A DNA stretch of 64,000 bases from Ascidiella aspersa (taxonomy: Eukaryota), in assembly GCA_963924565.1 (NCBI GenBank), contig OZ004607.1, positions 2,418,001 to 2,482,000 of the forward strand, read 5' to 3'. Shown in pieces: positions 50,349 to 63,700 of the stretch (within the stretch, counting starts at the first letter, position 1; each line of letters begins with the position of its first letter). The translations under genes and the position numbers were made by a program. The notes beneath the pieces were generated by a model. It was not told the origin of the DNA. It did not search any database and saw nothing but the letters and a program-made list of their open reading frames with translations.

Positions 50349-52683
50349 TTATATCTGTAAAACTTTATTTATAATATATGAAACGTAGAAATTGCTTCAC
50401 AGAAAAAGAAACGCAACCATGGCTGTAATAGTTAAAGATATATATGCAACTTGAAGGAAATTGTGAATATTGCGCAAACTACAAACTTGTATTGATGTAC
50501 AACTTCCTATGCTGTACTTTATGCCACTTCAGTAAAAGGGAAAGACCAGTTAGGCCTAATAAGGACGTCTTCAACTTATAAAATCAATTTAGAAGCGGGA
50601 TTCTGTATTTTTTACACGTAGAACCTTTATGAAGTTTACTTTTACTCATTGATATGGTTGAAACAGTTGCTTTAAGTTGTTTTAACCCTGTTCTTTTTAT
50701 CGTCGCAATGGTGTTAAATAAAGGGTTTGCAATTATCCCTGTGCCATCCGTATGTATTAAGCTTTACTTTTCGGATAAAATTTAAGCAATCTTGTTAAGT
50801 AAAGGAACTACTTATTTATTTTATATATCGCTATATTTTTAGGACGTTGTACACCCCTGTCTTGTGATTGCAAGGTTATTTTTTGGTATGAGATGATTTA
50901 TGGAATGTGGAGCTATTTGTATTGATGCACACACAAAAAAACGCATTTCAATTTTATGTTCTAGCAATACACCAAACACCTTTAAGTTTTGTTTTGCATA
51001 TTTATTAAAATTAAGCAGTTCATATTGAAGAGTTGATCTAGGTCAACTTTTTTCCTTTCACACAGCAGCCATGGTTGCATTTTCAGTTTAACTAGATTTT
51101 AGCTATTCTGTACAAAAACCGCCAGTACCAATTGATATACAACAAACAACACACCACTTTTACTTTATATTCTATTTGTAATAAAATATGAATATAGCTT
51201 TGTAACTCTGGGGCCAAGACACACTGTGGGGCACGAGCATAGTTTGGTTGGGTTGAAGCTTCTGACTCTCGCTTTAAGGTTGCTTGAAGGTTGTGTGCGT
51301 ATAACTCGTGAGCCAACCACAAGACGTATAGGTTAATAGAATTGTATTATATGATAAGCGAACAACCAGTTAAACTATTGAAGGCGGACAAGTTAGCATA
51401 TAGCAGATGCTACTTGCAATATAAAAGTTGCGAACAGCAAGACGATAACTGAGAAGAAGTCTTTCTTACAAGCGGAAGGCGGTCTTAAGTACTCAAATAA
51501 TATAATAATGCAAGCCAACAACTTAATGCAAGCCAACAACTACTTAGCACTTTGGAGCGAGTAGGCGATAAATCTGTGGCATAAGCAAATACATCACAAA
51601 AGTTACTGTAAACACAATCTTTTAGTCGGTAAGTTATAGCCGTGCGCTACAACACCACCAAAAAATAAAAAAATATCTCTGCAAACGGCCAACAACTAGA
51701 AATGAATGCTAACCGTTGAGATAGTTTAAAATGTTTTCAACATTAAATTTTCCACTCCAATCCTAGCTGCTACATAAAACCAGTGCGCCTTTACCTAAAA
51801 CTAGACATGCGTTACACAAAACCAATCTGTGTATATAAAGCCATGCTTTGGGGGCTAAAGAAATGAACAGCTATTGGTTTAGACTGCACTTCTGTAATGC
51901 GCGCATTGGCATATAGTTTAACATAGTGAGGTTAAAATGTTGCTTTAAAACACATAGGAGTTATATTGCACTAACAGCTAGGCAACTGTATATCAACAAA
52001 GATAAAGCACTATTATACTGTTCAGTATGCGTAACGTTCAGTACCTTATGTGTATGGTTGTTTACAGTGCTGGTAAGTTTAATGCTAATCGATGGAAGAA
52101 AGTTAAGTATTATTTTGAACATCAAGACAATTAGTTAGTCAGTGGCTTATATGTTGGGTTGGGGAAGCATTAGTTTCATCAACGATAAATGCAGGATTCA
52201 TTAAAGCAAATGTCACCAAAACATTCCAATGTAGTAGTAAGAATAAGAGCATTTTAAAAGCAGCATCGATAATTCGAGCAGCCACTGATTCATTTTTTTC
52301 TTTTTATGCTGCTACGCTCCAGTACGCACGGTTGCTAGTAATATAGCCTGAGGCTTTTGTAAGCTGACTTAGATCAAGTGATTGAGCGAGCTAATGTAGT
52401 TGCACGATTACAGTAAGTACATTTTTTTGAGCGATTGAGCGAGCTAATGTAGTTGCAAAGTACATTTTCGTGTCTGTTAACTGCTGCAAGAAGTAATAAA
52501 GTAAAATTAGGAGCTATTTTATTATACGAAGTCATTTGATAGGAAATATTGCAACTTTTACAATCGTTGAAGCATTAATGTTTGCGCCACCAGGTATAAA
52601 CCAGATGAACATATTTTAGTAGCTTATTATCTTGTATCTAATGGTTACAGAAAAGTTATGTTGTTGTTCAAATATTCTCTGCT

Positions 52684-54030
52684 CATAATACAGTAGGTTA
52701 GAAAAAAAGAAATGTTAATCCTTTTGGATAATACAGTAAGTTAGAAGTAGGGAATGTGGCGTTTTGTGAATGCAATAATTTAAAAGGATTGATATACTAG
52801 GTTAGAGGAAGTGAGGCATTTTTTTCTTACTGATAATACAGTAGTTTCAAAGTAAAGAATGTGTTTGTTTTCGGATAGCACATTAAAGGCTCATTTACAC
52901 TGCAAGCGACGCTGGATCGTTTTTAAATTGATTTAATGCAACCGTCTACCCTGGCTCGCTTAAGCGTCGCGCCGAATCGCTTGCGAAGCGAAAAATCGCT
53001 TGACGCTTGAAACCTGACCCTGGAGTGCAGGGAATCCGTTTCGCTGTTTATGTTAATTTTTCTATATTCGTGTATGTTTTAGTAAAAACGTTAAGTACTT
53101 GCAAAATTTTGTACACATTTAGTGCTTTCTTTGGGCAGCATATCAAATGCTAGCCTTTCTGTACTAGTTGTTTCTATTTTGGCGCTGGTTTAGATTCCTA
53201 CCACATTTTTTCTGGTATATTCAAAATTGAAATTGCAAACTCGGAGAATAAATTAATATGGGTGAGATTTTCATTAATAAGGTTAAAGGTTTCTAATTGC
53301 CTTACCATGACAGGAATGCAAAAAAGAAAATAGTTGGCAGCAAGTTAACTAGTTTAAATATTTGAGGTGCGTAGTTGACTTAAAATATTAACAAACACTA
53401 ATTAACTATTTACGGTTATCGCGTTTTCACAAAGTAGTTTTATTACACTTTTCATTAGTAGTATGGATGAGGACGAGTAAACTCGAATTAGAAAACTCTT
53501 TTTTCGCGTTTTGAGCCGACACTTTACTGCTTTCTTAAATGTAATTTAACACGTTTTTAAGTGCAAAAAAAGATCCGAGGCCTGTCTCATTTACAATATT
53601 CTTTTGAAACAATTATTAAATCAAGGCACAATATTTGGGTTAGGGTGTCGGTTAGTGTTCAGGGTGGGTCAAGTATTATTATTTAATAATATTGCTTAGC
53701 CTACCCAAAGCAGCTTAATCCAAATAATGTTCTTTGTTGTAGGATTTTATACCAGCGCCCGACTCTGTAAGCATTTTCATTAAATATGATCAACATTTAT
53801 TTCAAGTTTCACCTTTTAACCTTGACTCTCGAGCGCCACCGTTAAACACGCGAATTTGCGCTGTAAACGCATCGTCGCAAGCGCTTAAGCTCCCCTCGCT
53901 AGTAGTGTAAATTGGCCTTAACTTAGAAGTAATGAACCTGGGTCGTTGCTGGTAATACAGTCAGTTAGAAATAAGTAACTTGTTCCTTTGCACATTTTAC
54001 CATGAGCTTAAAGTAAGGAATGTGGCTATT
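52684..54030. repeat. Degenerate ~42-bp minisatellite split by a MITE
   Basis: GATAATACAGTAAGTTAGAAGTA.GGAATGTG-like units on both sides of 52887-53918. Confidence 0.65.
52887..53918. mobile_element. PIF/Harbinger-type MITE
   Basis: TIRs AGGCTCATTTACACT / AGTGTAAATTGGCCT; TAA TSD. Confidence 0.85.
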
Positions 54031-54219
54031 GGCATCCAATGGTGGCCAAACCATAACGGGCGCATTGTGGTCTCAGGTTCCCCTGGCCCCAAAGTACTTT
54101 CACTACAGACTGGTGTTGTGTTTTCATAGTTTAACTGGCTGGTTATATTTTGCCACAATATAGGTTAATGATACCATGATTAACTATGTGCTGATTTTTT
54201 TAAGATTTACAAAAAAAAC

Positions 54220-55454
54220 ATGTCGAACTATGAGATTGAAGTTGCGTCAAACGATTTAAAATGTCAGAGCGATGATGGATTTTCTGATGATTCTATTGTC
54301 ACCATTACAGAATGGTCATCACAAGAACATAAACCTCTAAGTGAAGAGTCCGATTGTGACGAACAAAGTGACTTGCATGAAATGAATATCAGGAAAGGAC
54401 AAAGTAAGAATCCGTCAATACAGAATACAGAGTTCCGATGTCACGTTTGCGAAAAGTGTTTTACGAGTAGTATTAAACTGAAAAGGCATTTATCCAGAGT
54501 TCATTTTAAGAAACACAAATGCAAGGTTTGTGGGAAACTTTTTCGAGAAATTACCGCACTTGAAAACCACATGAGAATTCACACTGGAGAAAAAAATGTG
54601 CTTATTGTGCTAAAATGTTTCAACCATGTTCAAAGTTTAAAAGTACACGAAAGAGCCCATCATGGGGAAAGACCATATGAGTGCCAACATTGTGAAAAAA
54701 GTTTTACACGACCGTCAAATCTCAGTCAACATATTAAAATACACACTGAAAAAAAAACTCACAAATGCAAAGTTTGCGGCAGGAGTTTTAGCCAGTCAGG
54801 AAGTCTTAAACATCATGAAAGAATTCATCCGGAAAAAAATCTTACAACTGTGTTTATTGCGTTAAACGTTTCAACTGTGCTCAAAACCTTAAAGTACACG
54901 TGCGAGTTCACACTGGTGAAAAGCCCTTTAAATGTGCTTATTGCTGTAAATGTTTTAGCCATGTTCAAACCTTAAAAGCTCACGAAAGAATCCACACTGG
55001 CGAAAGGCCGTATGGGTGCAAAGTTTGTGGCAAATGTTTTTCCCGGACCGGGAATCTTAAAGCTCATGAAAAAATTCACACTAAAAACAAATCTTTTAAA
55101 TGCCCTTATTGCGAAAAATGTTTCAGCCATGCTAAAACCTTAATATTACACGACCGAATTCATACTGGTGAACGACCATATGAGTGCAAAGATTGTGGAA
55201 AATGTTTCACACGACCGTCATATCTCAACCAACATAATAAAATACACACTGGAGAAAAACCTTACAAATGCAAAGTTTGTGGAAAATGTTTTCTACGGGC
55301 AGGACATCTTAAAGATCATGAAAGAATTCACACTGGAGAAAAACCTTACGAATGCAGACAATGCGGAAAATGTTTTAGCCAGACATCCAGTTTCAATAAA
55401 CATAAAAGAAGGCACTCTAAAGATAAATCCTTCAAAACCAAAACTTGTGATTAG
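54220..55454 (+). pseudogene. Long ZF paralog (~12 fingers), frameshifted
   Basis: Finger 3 scrambled at ~54595, frameshift at ~54830; distal fingers in ORF 54900-55454 end KTCD* like A-type genes. Confidence 0.85.
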
Positions 55455-56034
55455 TTTTAAATCTCACAAAAACATATACGTGTGAACGTTTTGTGTAATA
55501 TATTAAACATAGAAGTTGCAAGTTATATGTTTACAGAAAATGAACCACAATGGTTGTCAATAATTGAAATATATTTGCAACTTTATATGCTGTACTTTAT
55601 GCCAATTCAGCAAAAATAAAATGAATGACCAGTTCATAAGACTGCATTACATTTCCAAAATTGATAAAGTTTAATTCTATATTTTTTGCCAACTGTACAA
55701 TACATCTATACATTTTGAGTTATTGATATCGTTAAAGCAGTGGCTTTAAGTTTTAGAATATTTATTCAATCTTATTCTTTTTGTCGTCGCAATGGTGTTA
55801 ACTAAATTAATGGTCCCATTCCCATACCCTCTCCCTACAATGTTTGGCGTTGTTTTGTCCATTTAGCCTACAAAAATATGCCTAAAACTTTTTAGTTCTA
55901 TACTAAACACATTGCGAACCAAAACTTCACAGAATGTTAAACAAAATAATGATTGTAAATAATTGAAATTTTATCTGCCATTAGAAATGTGAATATTTCG
56001 CGAGCTTCGAACATATATCGAAGCATGCTTATAC

Positions 56035-56210
56035 CAGTGTTTCTCAACCTATGGGCAGTAACATAATATTGGTCTCCACAGCTGTATTTCACTTGATTGG
56101 ATTACTGGGATTGGATCTACGCAACATATCATTCAAACTTCAGAAAACTTTTTAATAAGTTAAGTTAATATTTACTTGAAAAGAGTTAAAAAAATAGTTG
56201 ACAAACACTG
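56035..56210. mobile_element. Short hAT MITE
   Basis: TIRs CAGTGTTTCTCAAC / GTTGACAAACACTG (13/14); 8-bp TSD-like GCTTATAC / GTCTATAC. Confidence 0.8.
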
Positions 56211-57741
56211 GTCTATACTATACTTAAGGCCCGCCGAAGACCACTTAAAAAAGATACTTAATTTCTAAAATCGAGAAAGTAACATGTTTCTATATTTTTA
56301 CCTATCGAATCTATAACGTTGCTTTGTTGTGTATCTTTATTTAATCCAGCTCGTTTTCTCGCCGCTATGTTTAAATAAAGCGTTCGTAATTATTCCCAAA
56401 TGTTAAATGTATACTTCCTGTCAAACAATGTCGTGAATTTTACTTTTCAAATTGTCTAAGATAAGCAATCCTGTTGCGTAAACATATACAAAATTAATAT
56501 ACAAATTATACCTCCTTGTTGTGTATGCTACATGTTAAAGGCGCATGTAAAAAGGTGATACCAAACTAATCACGCATCTGAGGTTTGTGGAAGTTTCGCA
56601 ATAAAATAACACACGTGAGTACAAATGTCTCAGTTACTAAAACCTAAAGTTTTAAATAAAGTATATAAACTGGCGTACGTCGGGCATAATGAAAATAGAC
56701 CGACACAAAATATTTATGTCGGAAAAGCTTAACAATTGAAAAGTTGTAAACTATTACTTGCGACCCCTTCTTACAATTTTGCAAGATAAAAGTTTATCTT
56801 TGCGTCATGCGGTTGCGACTAGCGATAAAAACTGTCTTTTTTGGTTGCTGATCAAACCTTCAACGCCTTTTTCGTTTTTATATTCGCTGTAAAATATTTA
56901 ATGAATGTCGTCAAACTTTTGTTTCAATAACAACATGCCTTTTGGTATTTAAATTTAGATTATAGAGCAAAATTTTAAAAAGCAGTTAACAAGTGCGTTT
57001 AGTTAGGCTTGCTAAAGTAAAACGAGATACATACCGTTCACCAGCCTCACCTATACGTCCTTAGTTTGCCATTATTTTACTTTTAAACAGTTGTTAATAG
57101 TATCGATGGACAGGCTTTGTACTGTGTAACTCTATGTACCTTTATATCTGTTGCCTTGCTCTGTAATTTTTATTTGAAATGTTTGTTTGAAGCCTCTATT
57201 AAACATCATAACTCTACATTGCTTTATTTGACGTCACTATGCACATGACTGTTGTCTACTGACGCGTGACCAAACCGAACCGTGCATTATCGGCGTTTTT
57301 CGAAGCATTGTACTTTTTAAGGCTCATAGACTACCGGCTTTAATAACCGTGTTATTTTATCGTGGTTTCTAAGATTTGTGAATATATACTAAACGAGCAA
57401 TATCAACTGTGTTAAATAACCCTTTCTAGAGTTCAAGAAGGTTAGGACAACCGTTTTAGCGGCCTTACCCGTACATACGTCAACATATGTTCTGATACGT
57501 TATGAGTTCTTATAATGTACCAGTTAAACGAAGCAACCTTGTATTTTGTTAAGTCCATTCATTAAAATCGAGCAGCCACCTTTAAGAAAAAATAAACGTC
57601 TTTAAAAGCTTCCAAATGACCCAATGATTAATTTATAAGTTTGTTTGATTTGTTCGCTTTAAACCAAAAATAAATTATACGCTAAACCTATTTTTATATG
57701 TAACTATCCATGCCTAACTTATAACTAGCCATGCGTTCTAT

Positions 57742-57880
57742 TTAATCAGCCATGCGTTTCGGGCTTGCGTAAACGGAAGTCATCAGTTTCAAAAAAGCTG
57801 TGCGATGTGTATAGTTGCATTTCTGTAAAGTATGCGGTGGCATTTAGTTTAGCTTATCCCGGTAAAAGCGTTCATAATTG
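57742..57880 (+). promoter_or_regulatory. Second copy of the ETS-like upstream block
   Basis: TAATCAGCCATGCGTTTCGGGCTTGCGTAAACGGAAGT aligns to 6095-6132. Confidence 0.45.
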
Positions 57881-57996
57881 CTTCTTAAAATTACGTTTCA
57901 TTAATTAAAAAAATGACAGCCTTTATACGTTTGCTTGGAAACTGCAGATATGGTTATAATTATATAAATCAATATATTATTATGTTAGTGTGCGTA

Positions 57997-59218
57997 CACT
58001 GTTAATAATATTGGGTACTTCATGCAGAAAGTTTTGGGTAGTGCAACATTTTACCCCGAAACAGGGCCAAAAAAATTGGGTACCCTTAAAACCTACCCAA
58101 GTAGAATTGGGTAGCGTGAATTTCATAAGAAATTTCCTTTTTTTGTTGGGTAAAAAAACATGCTACCCAATTGAAGAAAAATATTTTTTTGGGTAATAAG
58201 ATTTCATACCCAAATATTCATGGTACGTTTCTACCCAAAACAGGAAAATTGGGTACTAATTGCAAGTACCCAATTCCTTTTATCAGAATTGGGTAATCGT
58301 ACCACCCAAAAAAATTATGTCTGAGCTTTAATACCCAAAACGCATGTACCCATAATCGGTGAATTGGGTAAAGGCAACAGATACCTAATTTACAAATTGG
58401 GTACTCTTGACTTTCCGAACACAGTGATTTCAGCGTTGCATAAAACAAGACTCCAAAGTAATTCTTTAAACGTTCTGTTTAGTTTATTTACACAATCAAG
58501 TCAACTTAAATGCACAAAAATCGGTGAATTGGGTGAAGTTAACAAATACCTAATTAACAAATTGGGTACTCTTGACTTCCTAAAAGCAGTGGTTTCAGCT
58601 TTGCATAAACAAGACTTAAAAGTAATTCTTAAAACGTTTTGTTTAGTTTATTTGCAAAATCAAGTGAACTTAAATACACAAAAATTTGTGAATTGGGTAA
58701 AGCTAACAAATACCTAATTAACAAATTGGGTACTTACGACTTCCTAAAAATTAAATACACACAAGCAGACTGTTTCAAGGATTCCAACCTAAATTTTGGA
58801 CAAACAAATTCCTCAAATGAACCAAATGGGGATACTATACATCAAGGGCGAGGAAAAAAATAATGGTTACTTCATTCAGTTTGGGTAGTGCATGAGTTTA
58901 CCCCGAAAAACGGCAAAATAATTTGGGTACCCTAAAAAACAACCCAAGTAGAATTACTCAATATAATTTTGATTTTTTCTTGGGTAAAAAAACATGCTAC
59001 CCAATTAAAGAAAAATATATTATTGGGTAGTAGGATTTTATACCCAAATTCAGAGCCGAGATTTGTACCCAAAATAAATAAATTGGGTATAGTCAACATG
59101 TACCCAAATAATATCGGTAGAATGTTGGGTAAGGAATGTTCACATAATTGGGTTTGGGAACTTTGGGTATTCATAGATTTAACCCAAAACAAACTTGGGT
59201 AAAGTTTAGCACCGGGTG
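57997..59218. mobile_element. Non-autonomous CAC...GTG DNA transposon (EnSpm/CACTA-like)
   Basis: CACTG start, GGGTG end, TA on both flanks; many TTGGGTA/TACCCAA motifs; internal ~160-bp tandem repeat and duplicated ~270-bp segment. Confidence 0.7.
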
Positions 59219-59288
59219 TAAAAAACAAATTAATGGATCATACATTTTATTGTTCATCGTAATGATCAACACAAAACTTGTTCGATAG

Positions 59289-59450
59289 TGTAGCGTCTCA
59301 CTCACGCTTTTAGGGATTCAAACGGATTTATTACGCTGCTGTCAATTACGCAGCACAACTTCAGCACACGCTAGGTAGAATCCTTATGTACACAACAGTT
59401 CATGTAACAGACGACACGAAATGGTAACCGGCACATTATAAAACACTACA
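59289..59450 (-). repeat. 3' LTR
   Basis: Identical to 63539-63700; adjacent PPT AAAGGGGAGGGA at 59451-59462 on the minus strand. Confidence 0.97.
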
Positions 59451-59510
59451 TCCCTCCCCTTTTACTTTAAACATCACGACAAAGAAATTAAACTCAAGTA
59501 CATGACAATA

Positions 59511-62500
59511 TTACACAAAATCACGAAACCGCACTGGCGTTACAATTTGTCGCCCAGAGCAACTTCGTGTTCCATCTGGCCTATCAGAATTCGGGGAAGA
59601 GCCTTCCACGTCGACCAATGGTGGTACATGGGGAACATCCTCTGATTCACTTTCGTCATTGACATACTTTCGCAGAAATGATGAATTTCTTTTCATTTCC
59701 ACACCCTCCTCACTCTGAATTGTAACTTGGCCACTTTCTTCGCCGACAACTATTTTAGGTTCCGGATCAAAATTGGTAGAAAGCTTGTTGGTTTTGGGCT
59801 GCTTCACCAAAACTTGATCACCAACTTTTATTCCAGAGGAAATTGCTCTTCTTTTCTCGTCAGTGTATAGTTTTCCTTTTAGCTTGTTGCTCCAGTCCCT
59901 GTCATGAAACTCCTCTTCGTTCACCCTTGGTTCTTGACAAAGCTCCGGAAGCTTTGTTCGCATTTCACGACCAAACATTAAATAATATGGAGAAGCTCCA
60001 GTTGATGACTGTGGTGTTGATCTGTACGCCATTAAAAATTTGTCCATCTCAGCCTTCCAATCTTTGTGTTCCGAATGAGCCACACGGATTGCCTTCATTA
60101 AAGTTCTGTTTTGCCTCTCCACTTCTCCATTAGCCTGAGACCAAAGTGGAGTTGTATGGACATGTTCAACACCATTTTCTTTTAGAAAATCTTCAAATTC
60201 CTTAGAAATGAACTGTGGGCCATTATCAGTCCGAAGTGAGTAAGGCATACCGAATCGTGCAAACATTTTGCTTAGCGCTTGTATTACACAGGAACTTGTA
60301 ATTGACCTCATAATTACCACTTCATAGAACCTGCTATAATAATCCACAACAACCAATATGTTGTCTCCACTTGGTAAAGGTCCCAGTATATCAGCTGCAC
60401 AATCCTGCCATGGTTGACTTGGAGGTAGGACTCTTGCAATTGGTTCTGGTCTGCTGTACTCACTAGTTACTTGGCATCCATGACATTTCTTACACAGGGT
60501 TTCTGCATCTCTATCCATCTTTGGCCACCAAACTTTACAACGAAGCCTGTTCTTTGTTTTTACAATACCCTGGTGTCCCTCATGAGCAAGTTTCAGCACA
60601 GCTTGACGCAAACTACCAGGAATTACAAGTCTAGTGCCTCTAAGTATCAGGTTTCCATATATACTAAGTTCATTTTTCACATGTAGATAGCTTGGATTAA
60701 CACATTTTGACCAATCACCTGTTTTTACACAATGTCTTACCACTCTTAGTTCTTCATCTCTTTCGGATTCTCTTTCCACGTCTTTTGATGACATAGCAAC
60801 AGGTGTACTGTATTCCACCACTTGACCAATAAAGTCTTCAGAAACACTGTTGTCAATACAGCATGCTAAATTAAGCCTGGACAACGCATCGGCAATATTA
60901 CTTTTGCCTGGTCTGTACACAACTTTAAAATCATACCCTTGCAGTCTTAGCACCCAACGTTCAATACGTGCTGGAAGCTTTGGTGACTTTGAGTAAATAA
61001 ACTGAAGTGGTTTATGGTCAGTCTCTAATTCAAACTTTTTTCCGAACAAATACAAATTAAACCGCTCACAAGCCCAAACTAAAGCCAATGCCTCTCGTTC
61101 TGTTTGGCTGTATCTTCTTTCCACATCAGTAAGACTCCTTGATGCATAAGATATAACCCTCCATTGACCACATTGCCACTGAGTCAAAACTGCACCCAAT
61201 CCATATGGAGAAGCATCTGCAATTACTCTTGTTGTGCAGTCATTGCGAAAATAGGCAAGGGTGTCTGCTTTGGCAATTAAATCCTTTAGTCTTACAAATG
61301 CAATGTCCTGGGCCTTGCCCCATGTAAACTTGACACTTTTCTTTGTTAAATCCAAAATGGGTCTTGCAATTGAAGACAAATTCGGGATAAATCGTGCAGA
61401 ATATTGCACCAAACCCATAAATGATCTTGCTTCACTGGCAGTTTTGGGAGGTTCAGCATTCTTGATTGCTGCTATTTTCTCTTCACTTGGATTAATCCCT
61501 TGCTTGCTTAAATCATGACCAAAAAAAGTAAGTTTAGCCATACGAAATTTGCACTTTTTAGCATTCAGTGTCAAACCACAACGAGACATTTTATCCAACA
61601 CAGCATACAACCTCTGATCATGCTCTTTTCTTGTACGCCCATGTATAATAACATCATCTGCAATGTTTGCAGTTCCTTGACATCCCTTCAAGATATCCCA
61701 TATAATCTTCTGATATTTCTCTGGGGCAGAGTTTAGACCAAACATTAGTCTAGTGTACCTGTACAATCCCTTGTGTGTGATAAATGTGGTGATATGCCTA
61801 CTGTGTTCATCAAGTAAAATTTGATGAAATCCCCACTTCAAGTCCAATTTACTGAAAACAGTACTTCCATTAAGTTCATACAGCAACTCTTCCACTGTGG
61901 GTATTGGGTGTCTTTCCCTTACAATAGCTGTATTAGCCTGTCGCATATCCACACACACTCTAATGTCACCATCAGGTTTAGGAATTACCACCAATGGAGA
62001 AATCCAACCAGTAGGCCCTTCAGGTGCTTCCTCGATTATCCCCCCCATTAACAGCTCTTCTAATTTTAATTCCACTTTTTCTCTCAGCTGAAATGGAATT
62101 CTTCTCACAGGCTGTGCCACAGGTTTAACTTTATCATTGATGTGCAACTTCAACTTGTATTCCTTCAACAAACCAATTCCAGAAAACAGTTTTGGAAATC
62201 TGGACAAAACATCATCATACACAGAGTTCACACAACTTGGCCCCAAGTGTAGTAATCCTAACACTTCTGCAGTATGCTTTCCAAGCAAGGTGTGACCTTT
62301 TTTTTCTGTGACAATAAAATCTACCTTGCACTCTTGAAGACTGTCTTTAGATTTCACCTGGGCTGTAAAAGTTCCTAAGGTAGCAAGAGGCCCTTTACTG
62401 CCATATGCATACAACGTCTTGGTAGACTTTCTGGTTTCTGCTTTAATTTTCTGCTTCTTTAGCCATTCCCATGTATCCTTGTCAACAATATTTGCTGACG

Positions 62501-63467
62501 CCCCTGAATCAATCAAAATATTTGGCAAGGTAACACCACCAATTACCAGTGTCACTGTATAAAACTCTGTTAGAGGTTTTAGACCAAAAACAAATCCATC
62601 ACCATCTTCTTTCTCTATTCCATTTTGTACAGTGTTATTATTGGAACGCCTTTCAAAAAGACGATGTCCCTCTTCACCATTATATTTTGATGGCTGGAAA
62701 CCATTGGACCAACACTTTGATTTAAAGTGTCCAACTCTACCACATTTAGCACAAGCTTTTTTTCTAGCTGGACATATCATATCTTTCTTAAAATGTCCCT
62801 TTTGACCACAAGCAAAACAGGTTTTTACTTCTTTTCTTGATGTTGAAGCAACCTGACGTTTTCCAGGCTTTTCAATGTAGTTGACTGTCTGGCTTTCCTC
62901 CATCACTTTTGCTTGAGAATTCACAGCTTCAAATGCTTTGGACATTGACAACACATCTTTAAGGGTAAGTGTATCTCTCTCCAGAAACTTTCTACGTAGT
63001 GCATTTGAGTGACATTTATCAATTACTTGATCACGAATTTGGTCATCTGTCTCATTTCCAAAATTACAAGTAGCTGCACTTTGCCTTAGTCGACATACAA
63101 ACTGATCAACTGATTCGTCATTTGTTTGATGCAATTGACGAAACAAGTGTCTTTCAAAAGGTATGTTGCACTTTGGCATAAAATACTCATTTAAAACAGT
63201 TAAAGTTTCATCATAGGTCTTATTGTCATCTTCCTCGTTTACTAATGTATAGTAAATTTCCTGCACATTCATACCTGCAGTATGTAGCAACAGTGCCTTT
63301 TTCTGAGCGCTACTCGTGATTCCCTTTCCCACCAAGAATAGATTGAAAGCTCGTTTCCAACGCTTCCAGCGTTGAGACAAACCATGTGCATCGTCTTGAA
63401 CATCGAACGGTTTCAGTGCACCAACATCACTGTTTGACATTCCCACGAGGGCAGGATTCCCTTCCAT
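59511..63467 (-). CDS. Gag-Pol polyprotein
   Basis: First ATG at 63467; two CCHC knuckles, protease LIDSGA, RT IADD, RNase H ADAS, integrase HHCC plus DDE; no stops. Confidence 0.96.
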   Translation of the reverse strand: MEGNPALVGMSNSDVGALKPFDVQDDAHGLSQRWKRWKRAFNLFLVGKGITSSAQKKALLLHTAGMNVQEIYYTLVNEEDDNKTYDETLTVLNEYFMPKCNIPFERHLFRQLHQTNDESVDQFVCRLRQSAATCNFGNETDDQIRDQVIDKCHSNALRRKFLERDTLTLKDVLSMSKAFEAVNSQAKVMEESQTVNYIEKPGKRQVASTSRKEVKTCFACGQKGHFKKDMICPARKKACAKCGRVGHFKSKCWSNGFQPSKYNGEEGHRLFERRSNNNTVQNGIEKEDGDGFVFGLKPLTEFYTVTLVIGGVTLPNILIDSGASANIVDKDTWEWLKKQKIKAETRKSTKTLYAYGSKGPLATLGTFTAQVKSKDSLQECKVDFIVTEKKGHTLLGKHTAEVLGLLHLGPSCVNSVYDDVLSRFPKLFSGIGLLKEYKLKLHINDKVKPVAQPVRRIPFQLREKVELKLEELLMGGIIEEAPEGPTGWISPLVVIPKPDGDIRVCVDMRQANTAIVRERHPIPTVEELLYELNGSTVFSKLDLKWGFHQILLDEHSRHITTFITHKGLYRYTRLMFGLNSAPEKYQKIIWDILKGCQGTANIADDVIIHGRTRKEHDQRLYAVLDKMSRCGLTLNAKKCKFRMAKLTFFGHDLSKQGINPSEEKIAAIKNAEPPKTASEARSFMGLVQYSARFIPNLSSIARPILDLTKKSVKFTWGKAQDIAFVRLKDLIAKADTLAYFRNDCTTRVIADASPYGLGAVLTQWQCGQWRVISYASRSLTDVERRYSQTEREALALVWACERFNLYLFGKKFELETDHKPLQFIYSKSPKLPARIERWVLRLQGYDFKVVYRPGKSNIADALSRLNLACCIDNSVSEDFIGQVVEYSTPVAMSSKDVERESERDEELRVVRHCVKTGDWSKCVNPSYLHVKNELSIYGNLILRGTRLVIPGSLRQAVLKLAHEGHQGIVKTKNRLRCKVWWPKMDRDAETLCKKCHGCQVTSEYSRPEPIARVLPPSQPWQDCAADILGPLPSGDNILVVVDYYSRFYEVVIMRSITSSCVIQALSKMFARFGMPYSLRTDNGPQFISKEFEDFLKENGVEHVHTTPLWSQANGEVERQNRTLMKAIRVAHSEHKDWKAEMDKFLMAYRSTPQSSTGASPYYLMFGREMRTKLPELCQEPRVNEEEFHDRDWSNKLKGKLYTDEKRRAISSGIKVGDQVLVKQPKTNKLSTNFDPEPKIVVGEESGQVTIQSEEGVEMKRNSSFLRKYVNDESESEDVPHVPPLVDVEGSSPNSDRPDGTRSCSGRQIVTPVRFRDFV

Positions 63468-63522
63468 TACCTTCAGAAAGTTCCACAATCAACCCAAATG
63501 TTGATTAAATGAATGAAAAACA

Positions 63523-63536
63523 GATCCTCGTCGCCA
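63523..63536 (-). promoter_or_regulatory. Primer-binding site TGGCGACGAGGAT
   Basis: 2 nt inside the 5' LTR; complementary to the 3' end of tRNA-Ser(GCU). Confidence 0.85.
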
Positions 63537-63538
63537 AA

Positions 63539-63700
63539 TGTAGCGTCTCACTCACGCTTTTAGGGATTCAAACGGATTTATTACGCTGCTGTCAATTACG
63601 CAGCACAACTTCAGCACACGCTAGGTAGAATCCTTATGTACACAACAGTTCATGTAACAGACGACACGAAATGGTAACCGGCACATTATAAAACACTACA
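63539..63700 (-). repeat. 5' LTR
   Basis: Identical to 59289-59450. Confidence 0.97.

Larger units (their letters stand above)
59289..63700 (-). mobile_element. Intact Ty3/Gypsy LTR retrotransposon (Mag-like)
   Basis: Identical 162-bp TG...CA LTRs, 5-bp TSD GATAG, PBS, PPT, single gag-pol ORF in PR-RT-RH-IN order. Confidence 0.98.

Noticed and set aside
51100-51330. Possible solo LTR
   Set aside because: No clear TG...CA boundaries, TSD or second copy
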